Notes: generated by a model not told the origin, from the letters alone. A DNA stretch of 64,000 nucleotides from Candidatus Daviesbacteria bacterium (GCA_028712705.1 JAQTPP010000002.1:43180-107179), one strand, 5' to 3'; positions 19,949-30,579 are shown, counted from the first letter of the stretch. Program-made: numbers and translations.

Positions 19949-20555
19949 TAATTTTACTCTTTCCAAGTATACCTACAATTTTACCTAATAATCTAGTCTC
20001 CGGATATATTGGAATATTTTTATACCTTGGATTCTCCGGTTTTAGATAAACCTTGCCATCATCATGAACAAATCTTTTGACTGTTGTTTCGTCATCATTT
20101 CTTGCAAGCACAATATCCCCATTTTTAAACTCTTTAGCATTCCTTACAATTACTATATCTCCATCCTCAATATTAGCCCCTATCATAGAATCACCGCTAA
20201 TTCTTACCAAACGATCGCTGGAGGTAACTTGTACATCGTCTGTTACACGCCATTCGTTAATTTCATAAGTTTGCATATATGGTCCGGCTGCACTTACTCC
20301 AACTACAGGAGCCATTTGTTTTAAACCTAACTCCTTAATACCTTTATCCAAAATTCTTAAGCCTCTTGCCATGCCTTCCGCTTTTTCTATATAACCCTTG
20401 TCTTCCAGGAGTTTTAATATATCTAAAACTGCTTGATTAGAGGAAACTTCAAGAGCGTCACGTAGTTCTGCTAAAGTTGGGGGATAACCGGAATCTGAAA
20501 TGGATTTGTAAATAAGTTTTAAGACTTCGGCTTGGCGGACAGTAATTTTATCCAT
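19941..20555 (-). CDS. lexA: LexA-like repressor (wHTH + S24 peptidase)
   Basis: GYPPTLAEL, SAAG cleavage site, GDSM, TVKR. Confidence 0.88.
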   Translation of the reverse strand: MDKITVRQAEVLKLIYKSISDSGYPPTLAELRDALEVSSNQAVLDILKLLEDKGYIEKAEGMARGLRILDKGIKELGLKQMAPVVGVSAAGPYMQTYEINEWRVTDDVQVTSSDRLVRISGDSMIGANIEDGDIVIVRNAKEFKNGDIVLARNDDETTVKRFVHDDGKVYLKPENPRYKNIPIYPETRLLGKIVGILGKSKING

Positions 20556-20569
20556 GACTAATCTATAAT

Positions 20570-20594
20570 ACTGACTAAATAGTCAGTTTGTCAA
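20570..20594 (-). promoter_or_regulatory. lexA promoter with a palindromic operator in the spacer
   Basis: Minus strand TTGACA-18-TATTAT; ACTGACTA-AA-TAGTCAGT (20570-20587) between the boxes; an extra TGACTA half-site at the start codon. Confidence 0.7.
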
Positions 20595-20752
20595 GAAGTA
20601 ATTTGTCCATTTTTCTTGCCTAATTATTGCACAGAAGAGGTCGGGAATAAAGATCGGTCCACCTCGGAGTCAAAGCCCACCTTCGAGGTGTTGTTAAATG
20701 GGTTGGGCAGAAGTGGAAGTTTGGCTCATTTTGAAGTAGAATATCCAGATTA

Positions 20753-22987
20753 ATGAAACAAGTTGTTGTAGCGCTTCTGGTAATAATAACTATAATTAGT
20801 CTTCTGGTAATTGCCTTCACCGTTAATCAGGTAGGGGAAGAAGAACAAAGGCTTAAATCTGATTTGCAATACCGGTCTACCCTTCTTGCCGAAAGCCTGA
20901 AAGAAACAGTCGAACCAAATTTTATTAATAAATCAGAAAACTACTTACAGGATGTAGTAGAAAGGTTTGCTAATAAAGAAAGGTTTGCAGGATTGGGGAT
21001 CTATGACAATAAAAATAAAGTTATTGCGGTTTCCTCTACCATCCCCGAGGCCACCTCTGCTGCTTCCGAGATAGTTGCCAATGCTATGGATGCGGATAAA
21101 GCAAGCGGAGATTTTGAAAAATTTGCGAACAAAAAAATGTATGTTTTGGCAATACCTTTACATGATGACAAAAGCATAGTGGGCGCCTTAATGGTGGTAC
21201 AAAATGCCGGTTATATTGATGACCGCTTAAACGAAATCTGGAAAAATAATCTTATCAGATTACTTATTCAGGCATCACTACTCTCTCTTGCTACAGTTCT
21301 TCTGATACGCTGGATTATTTACAGACCAATCCGGGGGTTGGTTGAGACATTAAAATTAGCAAGAATGGGAGGAGTGGAACAAAACCCCAAAGGCTTAACA
21401 AACTCTTTTTTCTTTCGACCCCTTGTTAAAGAAATTTCCAATATGAGAAGCAGTTTAATGGAGGCCAGAATTTCAGCCAGCGAAGAGGCCAGGCTGCGGT
21501 TGGAAAAATTAGATTCTCCGTGGACAGCAGAGAGATTGAAGGAATTTATCAAAGATATTTTAAAAGGAAGGACTATTTTTATGGTTTCCAACAGGGAGCC
21601 TTATATCCACACAAAAACAGGGAGAAAAATCGATTATTATTTTCCGGCCAGCGGTGTGGTCACGGCAATTGAGCCGGTGATGCGGGCTTGCGGTGGGGTC
21701 TGGATTGCCCATGGGAGCGGTGATGCAGACCGGTTGGTTGTTGATAGCAGCAGCAAAATAAAAGTTCCGCCCGATGAACCAAAATATGTACTGCGGCGTA
21801 TCTGGTTAACCGATAAAGAAGAAGCGGGTTATTATTACGGTTTTTCCAATGAAGCATTGTGGCCTCTTTGTCATATAGTTCATCAGAGACCGACTTTTAG
21901 AAAAGAAGATTGGGAAGAATATAAAAAAGTCAATCAAAAGTTTGCCGATGTTATCATTTCCGAAATAAAAAACCAAGATCGGCCGATTGTTTTAATTCAA
22001 GATTTTCACCTGGCTTTGGTTCCGAAAATGGTCAAGATGCAAAGATCAGGGGCTGTCGTAGGGATTTTTTGGCATATTCCCTGGTCAAGCCCGGAATCTT
22101 TTAGTATCTGCCCTTGGAAAAAGGAAATTTTAGACGGCATGTTGGGAGCAGATCTCATTGGCTTTCAGACTCAACTTCATTGCAATAACTTTATTGAAAC
22201 GGTCGGTAGAGAACTTGAATCCCTCATAGATTTTGAACGATTCGCAATTACCAGAAGTAACCATATCTCTTATGTCAAACCATTTCCAATCAGTATTGCT
22301 TTTCCAAACGGTTTTGATAAAGCAAAAGATCTGGACGGAAAAGAAGAAAAAGAGCGCTTACTCAAGAGCTTAAGGATCAAGACTAAATATATCGGGCTGG
22401 GGATTGACAGGCTTGATTATACAAAAGGAATTCTGGAACGGTTTAAAGCAATTGAGGTTTTCCTAAATAAATACCCACTTTACAAAGGTAAATTTACCTT
22501 TGTCCAAATTGCCGCCCCCAGCAGAACCAGAATTAAAAAATACCGTGATTTTGCAATCGAGGTAGAAAACGAAGCGGAAAGAATTAATGCTTTATTTAAA
22601 ACAAAAGCCTGGCAGCCGATTATACTTTTGGTAAAACATCACAGCCACAGCGAAATCCAGAAATTTTACAGAGCTACAGATTTTTGTCTGGTGACATCCT
22701 TACATGACGGAATGAATCTGGTGGCAAAAGAATATGTGGCCTCAAGATATGATGAAAAGGGAGTTTTAATTTTGAGTCAATATACCGGTGCTTCAAGAGA
22801 GTTGAAAGATGCCTTGATTGTTAATCCCTACAACGGAGAACAAACAGCAGATGCTATAAAGAAAGCGCTGGAGATGACCGCAAAAGAGCAGACTAAAAGG
22901 ATGCGCAGCATGAGGGAAATAATCAAAAATTATAATGTTTACCGCTGGTCGGCAGAACTTTTAAAGACTATAGTCAATTTAGGGTAA
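20753..22987 (+). CDS. otsA: Trehalose-6-phosphate synthase (GT20) with N-terminal TM-sensor-TM extension
   Basis: VSNREP, YYYGFSNEALWPLCH, IQDFHL, DRLDYTKG, HDGMNLVAKEY. Confidence 0.92.
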   Translation: MKQVVVALLVIITIISLLVIAFTVNQVGEEEQRLKSDLQYRSTLLAESLKETVEPNFINKSENYLQDVVERFANKERFAGLGIYDNKNKVIAVSSTIPEATSAASEIVANAMDADKASGDFEKFANKKMYVLAIPLHDDKSIVGALMVVQNAGYIDDRLNEIWKNNLIRLLIQASLLSLATVLLIRWIIYRPIRGLVETLKLARMGGVEQNPKGLTNSFFFRPLVKEISNMRSSLMEARISASEEARLRLEKLDSPWTAERLKEFIKDILKGRTIFMVSNREPYIHTKTGRKIDYYFPASGVVTAIEPVMRACGGVWIAHGSGDADRLVVDSSSKIKVPPDEPKYVLRRIWLTDKEEAGYYYGFSNEALWPLCHIVHQRPTFRKEDWEEYKKVNQKFADVIISEIKNQDRPIVLIQDFHLALVPKMVKMQRSGAVVGIFWHIPWSSPESFSICPWKKEILDGMLGADLIGFQTQLHCNNFIETVGRELESLIDFERFAITRSNHISYVKPFPISIAFPNGFDKAKDLDGKEEKERLLKSLRIKTKYIGLGIDRLDYTKGILERFKAIEVFLNKYPLYKGKFTFVQIAAPSRTRIKKYRDFAIEVENEAERINALFKTKAWQPIILLVKHHSHSEIQKFYRATDFCLVTSLHDGMNLVAKEYVASRYDEKGVLILSQYTGASRELKDALIVNPYNGEQTADAIKKALEMTAKEQTKRMRSMREIIKNYNVYRWSAELLKTIVNLG

Positions 22988-22989
22988 TT

Positions 22990-23775
22990 ATGGATTTATG
23001 GAAAGATTTAAACAAAATTACCGCTCTTTTTAAGAGAGGCCCCATAAAAATTTTAATGCTGGATTTTGACGGCACTTTAGCTCCGATTGCCGGATCTCCG
23101 GATAAAGCAAAGCTTTCAAAAGAATCTAAAAATTTATTAATCAAGCTTAGCAAAAAGAGGGGGTTTTATTTGGCAATTATCAGCGGTAGAAGTTTAAGCG
23201 AGCTGAAAAAGAAAGTTAACTTAAAAAACATCATCTATGCCGGCAATCATGGGTTGGAGGGAGAAATTTTTAATCAAAAGTATGCCTTTCCTATACCAAA
23301 CAAAACTTTAGTAACTTTAAAAAATATCCGCGGACAACTTGATAAAATAGCCAGCCGGTTTAAAGGGGTATTTATTGAGGATAAAGGCTTGGCATTAAGT
23401 TTTCACTACCGGCTGGTAAGCAAACAACAAGTACCTCCTGCTAAATTACTTTTTAAAAAAACGCTGAAGTCTTATCTTAAAATTGGCTTAATCTCTATCG
23501 TGGCAGGGAAAATGGTATTTGATGTACGACCAAGACTAAATTGGAATAAAGGCAGTTTTGCAAAGCTAGTAATTAACCAAATACATATACAAACAAAAAC
23601 AATACCGGTCGTCGTTTTTATCGGTGACGACAAAACCGATGAGGACGTTTTTCAAAAAGTCGGAAAAGGAATTACCATAAAAGTAGGCGGTGGTTACCGA
23701 TCAAACGCTAAGTATCGGCTTAGTAATACCAAAGATGTTTTTAAGTTTCTTGAGTGGATAGCAGATAATTTCTAG
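22990..23775 (+). CDS. otsB: Trehalose-6-phosphate phosphatase (HAD)
   Basis: LDFDGTL, ISGR, GNHG, NKG, GDDKTDEDVF. Confidence 0.93.
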   Translation: MDLWKDLNKITALFKRGPIKILMLDFDGTLAPIAGSPDKAKLSKESKNLLIKLSKKRGFYLAIISGRSLSELKKKVNLKNIIYAGNHGLEGEIFNQKYAFPIPNKTLVTLKNIRGQLDKIASRFKGVFIEDKGLALSFHYRLVSKQQVPPAKLLFKKTLKSYLKIGLISIVAGKMVFDVRPRLNWNKGSFAKLVINQIHIQTKTIPVVVFIGDDKTDEDVFQKVGKGITIKVGGGYRSNAKYRLSNTKDVFKFLEWIADNF

Positions 23776-24922
23776 TCACTGTAGAGAAACACACAGGTTT
23801 CTCTGTGTGCAACGACTCATTAGCTTTTATTGCCTGCTGGTATATCTTTAGTGTTATTCTGATAACATCATCCAAATTAAATTTTTCTTTAATTCTTTGC
23901 CTTGCTGCTCTTCCCATTTGTCTGGCAAGCGCTTTTTTTCTTAACAGGATTGTCAATTGATCGGCTAATTCCCCAACCTTGTCGGTTTGTAGTAATAATC
24001 CATGAATGTTATGTTCAACTACAAAAGGCTTAGTTAATGATCGTTTTGCTACAATAGGTAATTCTGATGCCATTGCCTCCATGACCGCCATCCCTCTATT
24101 TATCGGGGGATAGCAAAAGACATCCGCAGCAGAATGAAACTTCCTGATATCGAAATGTGCAGGGTATATTAATACTTTTCCGGAGAGATTACTTTTCATT
24201 ATTTTTTCTTCTATTTTTGCTTTCGTATCCCCCCATTCGTCATCACCTGCAATAATCAATCTGGCGCTAGGAATTCTCTTGCATACAATCTTAAAAGCGT
24301 CTACCAACTTCTCTATACCTTTTCCTGGAACTATTCTTGATAAGCATAAAATTACTCTGTTGTAAGAAGTAAGATTTAGAGAATTACGTGTTTCTATCCT
24401 TTCCTCATTTGTAATAGAAGTAAAGTTATTTAAGTTTATCCCATTAAGCACAATTTTTACTCTGGTTTTTTTAAGTCCATTCCGAATTAATCTCTTAGCC
24501 AGATAAGGGGCAATTGTGATAACAATATCGCAGTTAGAATTTAACTCATTTACAACAAAAGCATATTCGCTAGCTTTGTAAGCAAGGTGTTCATGACTAA
24601 TAACCGGGATCTGAAAAACCCTTCGTGCCAACTGACAGCACAAGAGCGAATTCCTGCATTGTGCATGGATTAGTTGAGGTTTATATTTTTTGGCAATATC
24701 AAATATAATTTTTTCGGCTATTTGTTTGTTTTGTCTACTCCTTGATATTGGTGCGAAAAACAATTTAATTTTTGGAGAAATATGCGACGCATATGGTCCT
24801 TGTCCTGCAACCAATATTACTGAAATATTATTATTAATCAATGCATTAGCAAGATTAATCGCATATCTTTCCGAACCACCAAAATTGAGTTGTTTTAAAA
24901 CTATTAATACCGATTTAATCAT
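23741..24922 (-). CDS. Glycosyltransferase family 4
   Basis: GGSER, SRIVPGKG, MEAMASELP. Confidence 0.88.
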   Translation of the reverse strand: MIKSVLIVLKQLNFGGSERYAINLANALINNNISVILVAGQGPYASHISPKIKLFFAPISRSRQNKQIAEKIIFDIAKKYKPQLIHAQCRNSLLCCQLARRVFQIPVISHEHLAYKASEYAFVVNELNSNCDIVITIAPYLAKRLIRNGLKKTRVKIVLNGINLNNFTSITNEERIETRNSLNLTSYNRVILCLSRIVPGKGIEKLVDAFKIVCKRIPSARLIIAGDDEWGDTKAKIEEKIMKSNLSGKVLIYPAHFDIRKFHSAADVFCYPPINRGMAVMEAMASELPIVAKRSLTKPFVVEHNIHGLLLQTDKVGELADQLTILLRKKALARQMGRAARQRIKEKFNLDDVIRITLKIYQQAIKANESLHTEKPVCFSTVTRNYLLSTQET

Positions 24923-24992
24923 GAGTGCATTTTAACAGATAAGGAGGATTGCGCCAATGCAATATATACAGTAATTTTGGTATAGTGTTCGT

Positions 24993-26204
24993 ATGGACAA
25001 TATTAGCCGCAACTACCGTGAGTTACTCAAGGAGAACCGTAGAGTAACAGATGGTTTTCAATATACCATTCCCTCTCCTACTTCTTATCCATACCAATGG
25101 CTATGGGATTCTTGCTTCCATGCCATAATTTTGTCTCACTTTAAAGTAGCTGATGCAAAAAAAGAAATTCTATCGCTTTTGTCAAAACAGTTTCAAAACG
25201 GGATGATCCCCCATATGATTTATTGGAAAAAATATAAAAAGACAGATTTCCCCCGAATTAAGTGGGGGAAAGAAGAAACCAGCACTATTACTCAACCGCC
25301 AATGCTCGCATTTGCAGTGTGGCAGATTTTTCAGAAGGAAAAAGATAAACTTTTCCTAAGATCGGTTTATCCTCATCTTTACCACTTTTATAGATATTTG
25401 CTAACCGAGCGCGATCCTCATGAAAATCATCTAATTGGAATTATAAATCCTGATGAATCCGGCGAAGACAACTCTCCCAGATTTGATTTACCTTTAGGAT
25501 TACCGCCGGTGCAGACTTTAAAAGAAAATATTAAAAGAAGGCTCAAATTAGTGGCTCAAAATATTGAGTGTAAATTTGATGCCCCATTTTGCATGAGGAA
25601 TTTTTTCTGGGTTAAAGATGTATCTTTTAATTCCATTATGGTAGCAAATTTAACTTTTTTGGCAAAAGTTGCCAGAGAGCTGGGTAACAGCGAGGATGCT
25701 ACTTATTTTATGAAAGTAGCAGAAGATATATCCTCTGCTATGAGACAATTTATGCGGGAAAATGGTGTTTTTTACTCAACTTATGGGGAGGAATACAAAA
25801 AGATTAAAGTTAAGACCTGGGCCATATTTGCTCCGCTTTTTGCTAAAATCCTCGGTCAAGAAGAGGCGAAACAATTAGTTAATCGGCACTTGCTTAATAC
25901 GAGGGAGTTTTGGACGAATTTTCCGATTCCGACTACCTCTTTAGATGAACCATCCTTTGACCCCCAAGGTTATTGGAGAGGATCTAGCTGGATAGCGACT
26001 AATTGGTTTGTCTATAAGGGTTTGCTAAATTATGGCTTCCGGGACATAGCAGAAGAAATTAAAAAATCCTCTACTAGTTTAATCCAAAAATCCGGCTTCC
26101 GTGAATATTTTAATCCCCAAACAGGGGAGGGATTAGGGGCAGAGAGTTTTACTTGGGGCGGGTTAGTTATAGATATGGATGGATTTGATACAATTAACTC
26201 GTGA
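24993..26204 (+). CDS. GH63/MGH1-like (trehalase-clan) glycoside hydrolase
   Basis: YQWLWDSCFHA, TQPP, ESGEDNSPRFD, YWRG, FREYFNP. Confidence 0.85.
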   Translation: MDNISRNYRELLKENRRVTDGFQYTIPSPTSYPYQWLWDSCFHAIILSHFKVADAKKEILSLLSKQFQNGMIPHMIYWKKYKKTDFPRIKWGKEETSTITQPPMLAFAVWQIFQKEKDKLFLRSVYPHLYHFYRYLLTERDPHENHLIGIINPDESGEDNSPRFDLPLGLPPVQTLKENIKRRLKLVAQNIECKFDAPFCMRNFFWVKDVSFNSIMVANLTFLAKVARELGNSEDATYFMKVAEDISSAMRQFMRENGVFYSTYGEEYKKIKVKTWAIFAPLFAKILGQEEAKQLVNRHLLNTREFWTNFPIPTTSLDEPSFDPQGYWRGSSWIATNWFVYKGLLNYGFRDIAEEIKKSSTSLIQKSGFREYFNPQTGEGLGAESFTWGGLVIDMDGFDTINS

Positions 26205-27424
26205 AAAATATACTTAAACAAACCTCCTGGCTGTTTTTTTCTCAAACTATAACCAGAATAATAGGCTTTTTTTATGTGATCTATTTAGCCAGGATTTTAG
26301 GTGTTTCTGATTTTGGTTTATATACCGTAGCTCTGGCATATTTTTCAATAATTTCTTCAATTGCTGACTTTGGATTTAATAGATTTTTAATTAGGGAAGT
26401 TGCAAGAGACAGATTACAGGCGCCTCAACTTATTTGTAATGTGGCTGTATTTCGATTAACGCTAACTTCGGTTTTATTCGCAGTATTTTCTATATTTTTA
26501 TATGCGTTGGATCAGGATAAAATGAGGATTAGCTTGATTTTGCTGGCGACGCTTGCGATTTTACCTCAATCTATTGCCTTCACCTTTGATGCAATTTTTG
26601 TTGCAATTCAAAAATTGCAGTTTTCTGCCGGCGCTCTTTTTATCTCCAGTTTAACAACCGCCCTTGCCGGTTTAATCTTAATTGAAAACGGTTTTGGTGT
26701 TTGGGGCGCAGTGAATGCTTTAATTCTGGGACAGTTTATTTATGCGGCTGCCTTAACTTATCTTTTATATAGACAACAAGGGATATTTTTATCGGCGATT
26801 AAATCACGCGTAATTAAGGAAGCAATACTGGGGTCTTTGCCTTATGGGCTACTTTCGGTATTAGGGTTGCTCTATTTCAGGATTGATAGCGTTTTACTTT
26901 CTTATATCAAAGGAAATTTTGAGACGGGTATTTACGGGGTTGCCTATAAGTTCTTAGAAGCTGTGATATTTATTCCCGGAGCTTTTTCACTGGCTCTGTT
27001 TCCAATTTTGGCGAAGCTGCATGATGATAGGACAGATGAGATGAGAAAGCTATATTTTAAGAGCATTAAGGTGATGGGGGTAGTAGGCATAGTATTATTT
27101 CTCATATATTTTTTGATATTGCCTTCATTAATAAAACTTTTTTTGCCAAATTATTTGCAATCTATAGAAGCTATAAGGATACTCTCTTTTTCAATTCCGT
27201 TTATATTTATAGCTGCTCCCGGCGTACAAGTTTTATTATCATCCGAAAAATATTTAAAATTAGTGGTATTGCTCTCACTTTTTACAGTGGCATTTAATGT
27301 TATATTAAACTTGAATTTTATTCCGGAATTTGGGTTTAGGGCAGCAGCCTGGATTACGGTTGCATCGGATGTGCTTTCTTTTGCCGTTTTTTACATTCTG
27401 ATTATTAAGAAGATTTTTAAATGA
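26201..27424 (+). CDS. Polysaccharide flippase (Wzx-like)
   Basis: LARILGVSDFG, ADFG, RIDSVLL, GIYGVAYK; multi-TM. Confidence 0.88.
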   Translation: MKNILKQTSWLFFSQTITRIIGFFYVIYLARILGVSDFGLYTVALAYFSIISSIADFGFNRFLIREVARDRLQAPQLICNVAVFRLTLTSVLFAVFSIFLYALDQDKMRISLILLATLAILPQSIAFTFDAIFVAIQKLQFSAGALFISSLTTALAGLILIENGFGVWGAVNALILGQFIYAAALTYLLYRQQGIFLSAIKSRVIKEAILGSLPYGLLSVLGLLYFRIDSVLLSYIKGNFETGIYGVAYKFLEAVIFIPGAFSLALFPILAKLHDDRTDEMRKLYFKSIKVMGVVGIVLFLIYFLILPSLIKLFLPNYLQSIEAIRILSFSIPFIFIAAPGVQVLLSSEKYLKLVVLLSLFTVAFNVILNLNFIPEFGFRAAAWITVASDVLSFAVFYILIIKKIFK

Positions 27425-28401
27425 AAAAAAATAAGGCCTCGGTAGTAATTCCAAACTGGAATGGAAAAAATTTATTGGAAGATTGTCTGCAATCTTTGGA
27501 AAATCAAAGCTTTAAGGATTTTGAAATAATTCTGGTAGATAATGGTTCGGAAGACGAGTCGGTAAAGTATGTACAGGATAATTTTCCTCAAGTAAAGATA
27601 ATTAAATTAGAGAAGAATTTTGGTTTTGCCAGGGCTATTAATGAAGGGGTTAAAGCCTCAGTTGCCGAGTATACTCTCTTTTTAAATAATGACACTTCGG
27701 TGGATAAAGATTGGTTAAAGAATTTAATTGCTTGCGCTGATTCTCATCCCGAGATAATTTCTGTTAATTCCAAACTATTAAATTTTTATGACAGAAAGAT
27801 AATAGACGGGATAGGTATTTTAGTTAATGAGGTAGGTCAGGCCAGGTCTGTCGGCTGGCAAGAAAAAGACCTTGGTCAGTTTGATAAGGAGCAGTATATT
27901 TTTGGGGCAACAGGCGGGGCGTCGCTTTTTAGAAGGGTAGATTTTATTAAAGTAGGGGGGTTTGATGAAAATTATTTTATGTATTCGGAAGAAGTTGATT
28001 TTGCCTTTAGGGCTCAGTTTCAAGGATACAAGTCAATTTCTTGTTCTAAAGCAGTGGTATACCATAAACATAAGGCCTCGGCCCGGGAAAAACCGCACCA
28101 TATTGAATATTGGCAGTTTCGCAACATGACTCAGACAATTATTAAAGATTTTCCAACGAGCGTTTTATTTAAAAGATGGCGATGGTTAAAAATAATTGCC
28201 GTGCATTTAAATACAATTTTTTATCAAGTTAGAAACGGGTATTTTTGGCCACCGCTTTTGGCTATGCTTTGGATATTTTTTCACCTGCCTAAACTTTTAG
28301 ATGAGAGAAGGAAAATCCAGATAAATAAAAAAGTAAGTGATGAATATATTGAAAATTTTTTGAAAGAAAAGAAGATTACTTTTTGGGGGCTACGGAGATA
28401 A
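27421..28401 (+). CDS. Glycosyltransferase family 2
   Basis: VVIPNWNG, VDNGSED, NFGFA, LNND, GGFDE..YSEEVD. Confidence 0.92.
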   Translation: MKKNKASVVIPNWNGKNLLEDCLQSLENQSFKDFEIILVDNGSEDESVKYVQDNFPQVKIIKLEKNFGFARAINEGVKASVAEYTLFLNNDTSVDKDWLKNLIACADSHPEIISVNSKLLNFYDRKIIDGIGILVNEVGQARSVGWQEKDLGQFDKEQYIFGATGGASLFRRVDFIKVGGFDENYFMYSEEVDFAFRAQFQGYKSISCSKAVVYHKHKASAREKPHHIEYWQFRNMTQTIIKDFPTSVLFKRWRWLKIIAVHLNTIFYQVRNGYFWPPLLAMLWIFFHLPKLLDERRKIQINKKVSDEYIENFLKEKKITFWGLRR

Positions 28402-29524
28402 GTAAAACCCAGACTAAAATTGGCGGATAGAACAGACTGTTGGCAAAAAAGGAATGGATAAGCAGTCCGGTAAGTCCTGAGATTAAAATTAAATTCCTGC
28501 CGGTTGAAGATTTGATGAGAGTCCATAAGAAATAAAGATAGGAAATCAGCCCCAAAATGCCGGTTGTTGATGCTACAAAGAGAAGGGAAGAGTCATTGCT
28601 GGAAGCGCCGTGACTTTTTAGAAATTGCTCATCTCCTAAGCTATATTCTCTGATTGCATACCTGTAGGCATTAAATCCTATTCCTAAAATAGGATTTTTT
28701 TGGAAAATTTGAAAGCCCTGTTGCCATGTATTAAGACGCAGTGAAGCAGATTGTTCCCTGTTGATATTCTGCGGTATAGCAACAAGACGGTTGTAAATTT
28801 GAAAACCCAGCAGCAAGAAAGTAAAAAGAAGCAAAGTTGTGACGGTATATTTCTTTGATTTTTTAGAAAGAGAAAAAGTTAAACCGCTGACTAAAAACAT
28901 AAAATAACTGCTACGGGAGAAAGTAGTTAAGAGAGCTGCATAAGTTATTATAAAAAATAATGTATTCCATTTCTTGGCCATTGCCAAATTTTGGAATATT
29001 AATATTAAAGTCAGGACCAAAAAAGCTCCGGCAAAATTTGGGTCTAAAAAAGTGGAAACAGTTCTAAAGTAGTGCGGGTCCCACCCCAGGAAACTTAAAA
29101 ATTCTAAGTTTGGAAAGATTATAAATTGCAAAAGTCCCAGTACTGCAAAAGAAATTCCGGCAAGCAAAAGTGTTTTTTGTAAACTTTTCCTGAAATCACC
29201 AAATGCATCTGAAAAGATAAGCCAGGCAATGAGAATATAAAGAGCAAAACGGATAATATACAAAAAGCCGGTAATATATTCATTTAATTTAAGATGTAAA
29301 GGAGTAAGAATAAGGGAAGCAATTGCCAGGGAAATAAAAATAAGCGCTGCGGTAATCCGGGCAGGGGGTTTGTGGAGTTGGAATTTTGTTTTGAGTAATC
29401 CCCACAGACAGAAAAAAGCTATAATAATATCTAAAATTGTGATGCCGCCGTTTGCAAAAGGTATCCTAATCAATTGACCCGCTGATATGGCGAATGCTAG
29501 TATTAGACCTAAAAGGTTAGTCAT
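28376..29524 (-). CDS. O-antigen ligase/polymerase family membrane protein
   Basis: STFLDPNFAG, TFSRS, R..W...NPILGIG. Confidence 0.82.
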   Translation of the reverse strand: MTNLLGLILAFAISAGQLIRIPFANGGITILDIIIAFFCLWGLLKTKFQLHKPPARITAALIFISLAIASLILTPLHLKLNEYITGFLYIIRFALYILIAWLIFSDAFGDFRKSLQKTLLLAGISFAVLGLLQFIIFPNLEFLSFLGWDPHYFRTVSTFLDPNFAGAFLVLTLILIFQNLAMAKKWNTLFFIITYAALLTTFSRSSYFMFLVSGLTFSLSKKSKKYTVTTLLLFTFLLLGFQIYNRLVAIPQNINREQSASLRLNTWQQGFQIFQKNPILGIGFNAYRYAIREYSLGDEQFLKSHGASSNDSSLLFVASTTGILGLISYLYFLWTLIKSSTGRNLILISGLTGLLIHSFFANSLFYPPILVWVLLISVAPKK

Positions 29525-29538
29525 GCAATATACTTTTT

Positions 29539-30579
29539 ATGAAATTATATCCTAAGGTTGCGTCCATCTTCATCATTTGGCTTATATCGGTTTTGTTTAT
29601 TACCTATTTTGGTTTTTCTACTTTACCACATTCCAATAAATTTGAGTATGATTTTTTTGGAAGTTTCGGCAATTGGGACGGCGGACACTTCTTGGGAATT
29701 GCCAAAGCAGGTTACAGCCAAAAATTCCAGTATGCTTTTTTTCCACTGTATCCTTTAGCGATTAAAATCTTAAGTTTAGTGACCCATAACTTCTTGCTGG
29801 CAGCGGTTTTGATAAGTATGGTTGCAACTTTTTTAGGACTGAATCTTTTGTATAAGCTGGTAATAGAGGATTTTGACAAGAAAATTGCTACAGAAACGGT
29901 TTTAATTTTTTTATTTTTTCCCACGTCTTTCTTTTTACTAACCGCTTATTCCGAAGGGTTGTTCTTTTTTCTGGCCGTTTTGACATTTTATCTCTTGCGA
30001 CAAAAAAAATTATTTTGGGGTGTTGCCGCAGCCGCTTTAGTTTCCGCCACAAGATTAGCCGGTTTGGCAGTAGGAGCAGGATTAATAGCAGAGGTGATAG
30101 CAACTCAGGGGTTTAACCGTAAAAATTGGTACATAATATTTGCTCCGGCAGGGTTTGTGATCTATTGCATTTATCTTTATCTCCAAACAGGCGACCCGTT
30201 TTATTTTATTACGGCTGAAAATCATTGGCAAAGAACATTGGCCGTACCAACAGCCGGTTTCTGGCAAGCCTTAACAAATGTCACAAGTTTTAATATTTTC
30301 CTTGATTTAATTTTTGCCATACTGGGAGTGGGGTTTGCTGTAAGGTCTTTGCGGTTTTTACCCCCTTCCCTGGCTATTTATAGTTTATTGTCGGTTGGTA
30401 TCCCTCTTTTTACCGCCACTCTTTCATCAATGCCGCGATTTCTACTACCTGTATTTCCGATATTTATTTTAATGGCATTAATAAAAAAACCGCTGATAAG
30501 CATAAGTCTGCGGGTTTTTTCTATTATGTTGCTGGCGGAATTCAGCACTTTATTTATAACCGGCTATTTTGTTTCTTAA
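29539..30579 (+). CDS. GT-C mannosyltransferase (PIG-V-like)
   Basis: NWDGGHF, AFFPLYP, FPTSFFL.AYSEGLF, SMPRF. Confidence 0.82.
   Translation: MKLYPKVASIFIIWLISVLFITYFGFSTLPHSNKFEYDFFGSFGNWDGGHFLGIAKAGYSQKFQYAFFPLYPLAIKILSLVTHNFLLAAVLISMVATFLGLNLLYKLVIEDFDKKIATETVLIFLFFPTSFFLLTAYSEGLFFFLAVLTFYLLRQKKLFWGVAAAALVSATRLAGLAVGAGLIAEVIATQGFNRKNWYIIFAPAGFVIYCIYLYLQTGDPFYFITAENHWQRTLAVPTAGFWQALTNVTSFNIFLDLIFAILGVGFAVRSLRFLPPSLAIYSLLSVGIPLFTATLSSMPRFLLPVFPIFILMALIKKPLISISLRVFSIMLLAEFSTLFITGYFVS

Noticed and set aside
13833-20750. RM region as an integrase-type island in tRNA-Val
   Set aside because: No integrase and no duplicated tRNA-Val 3' end found at the far side
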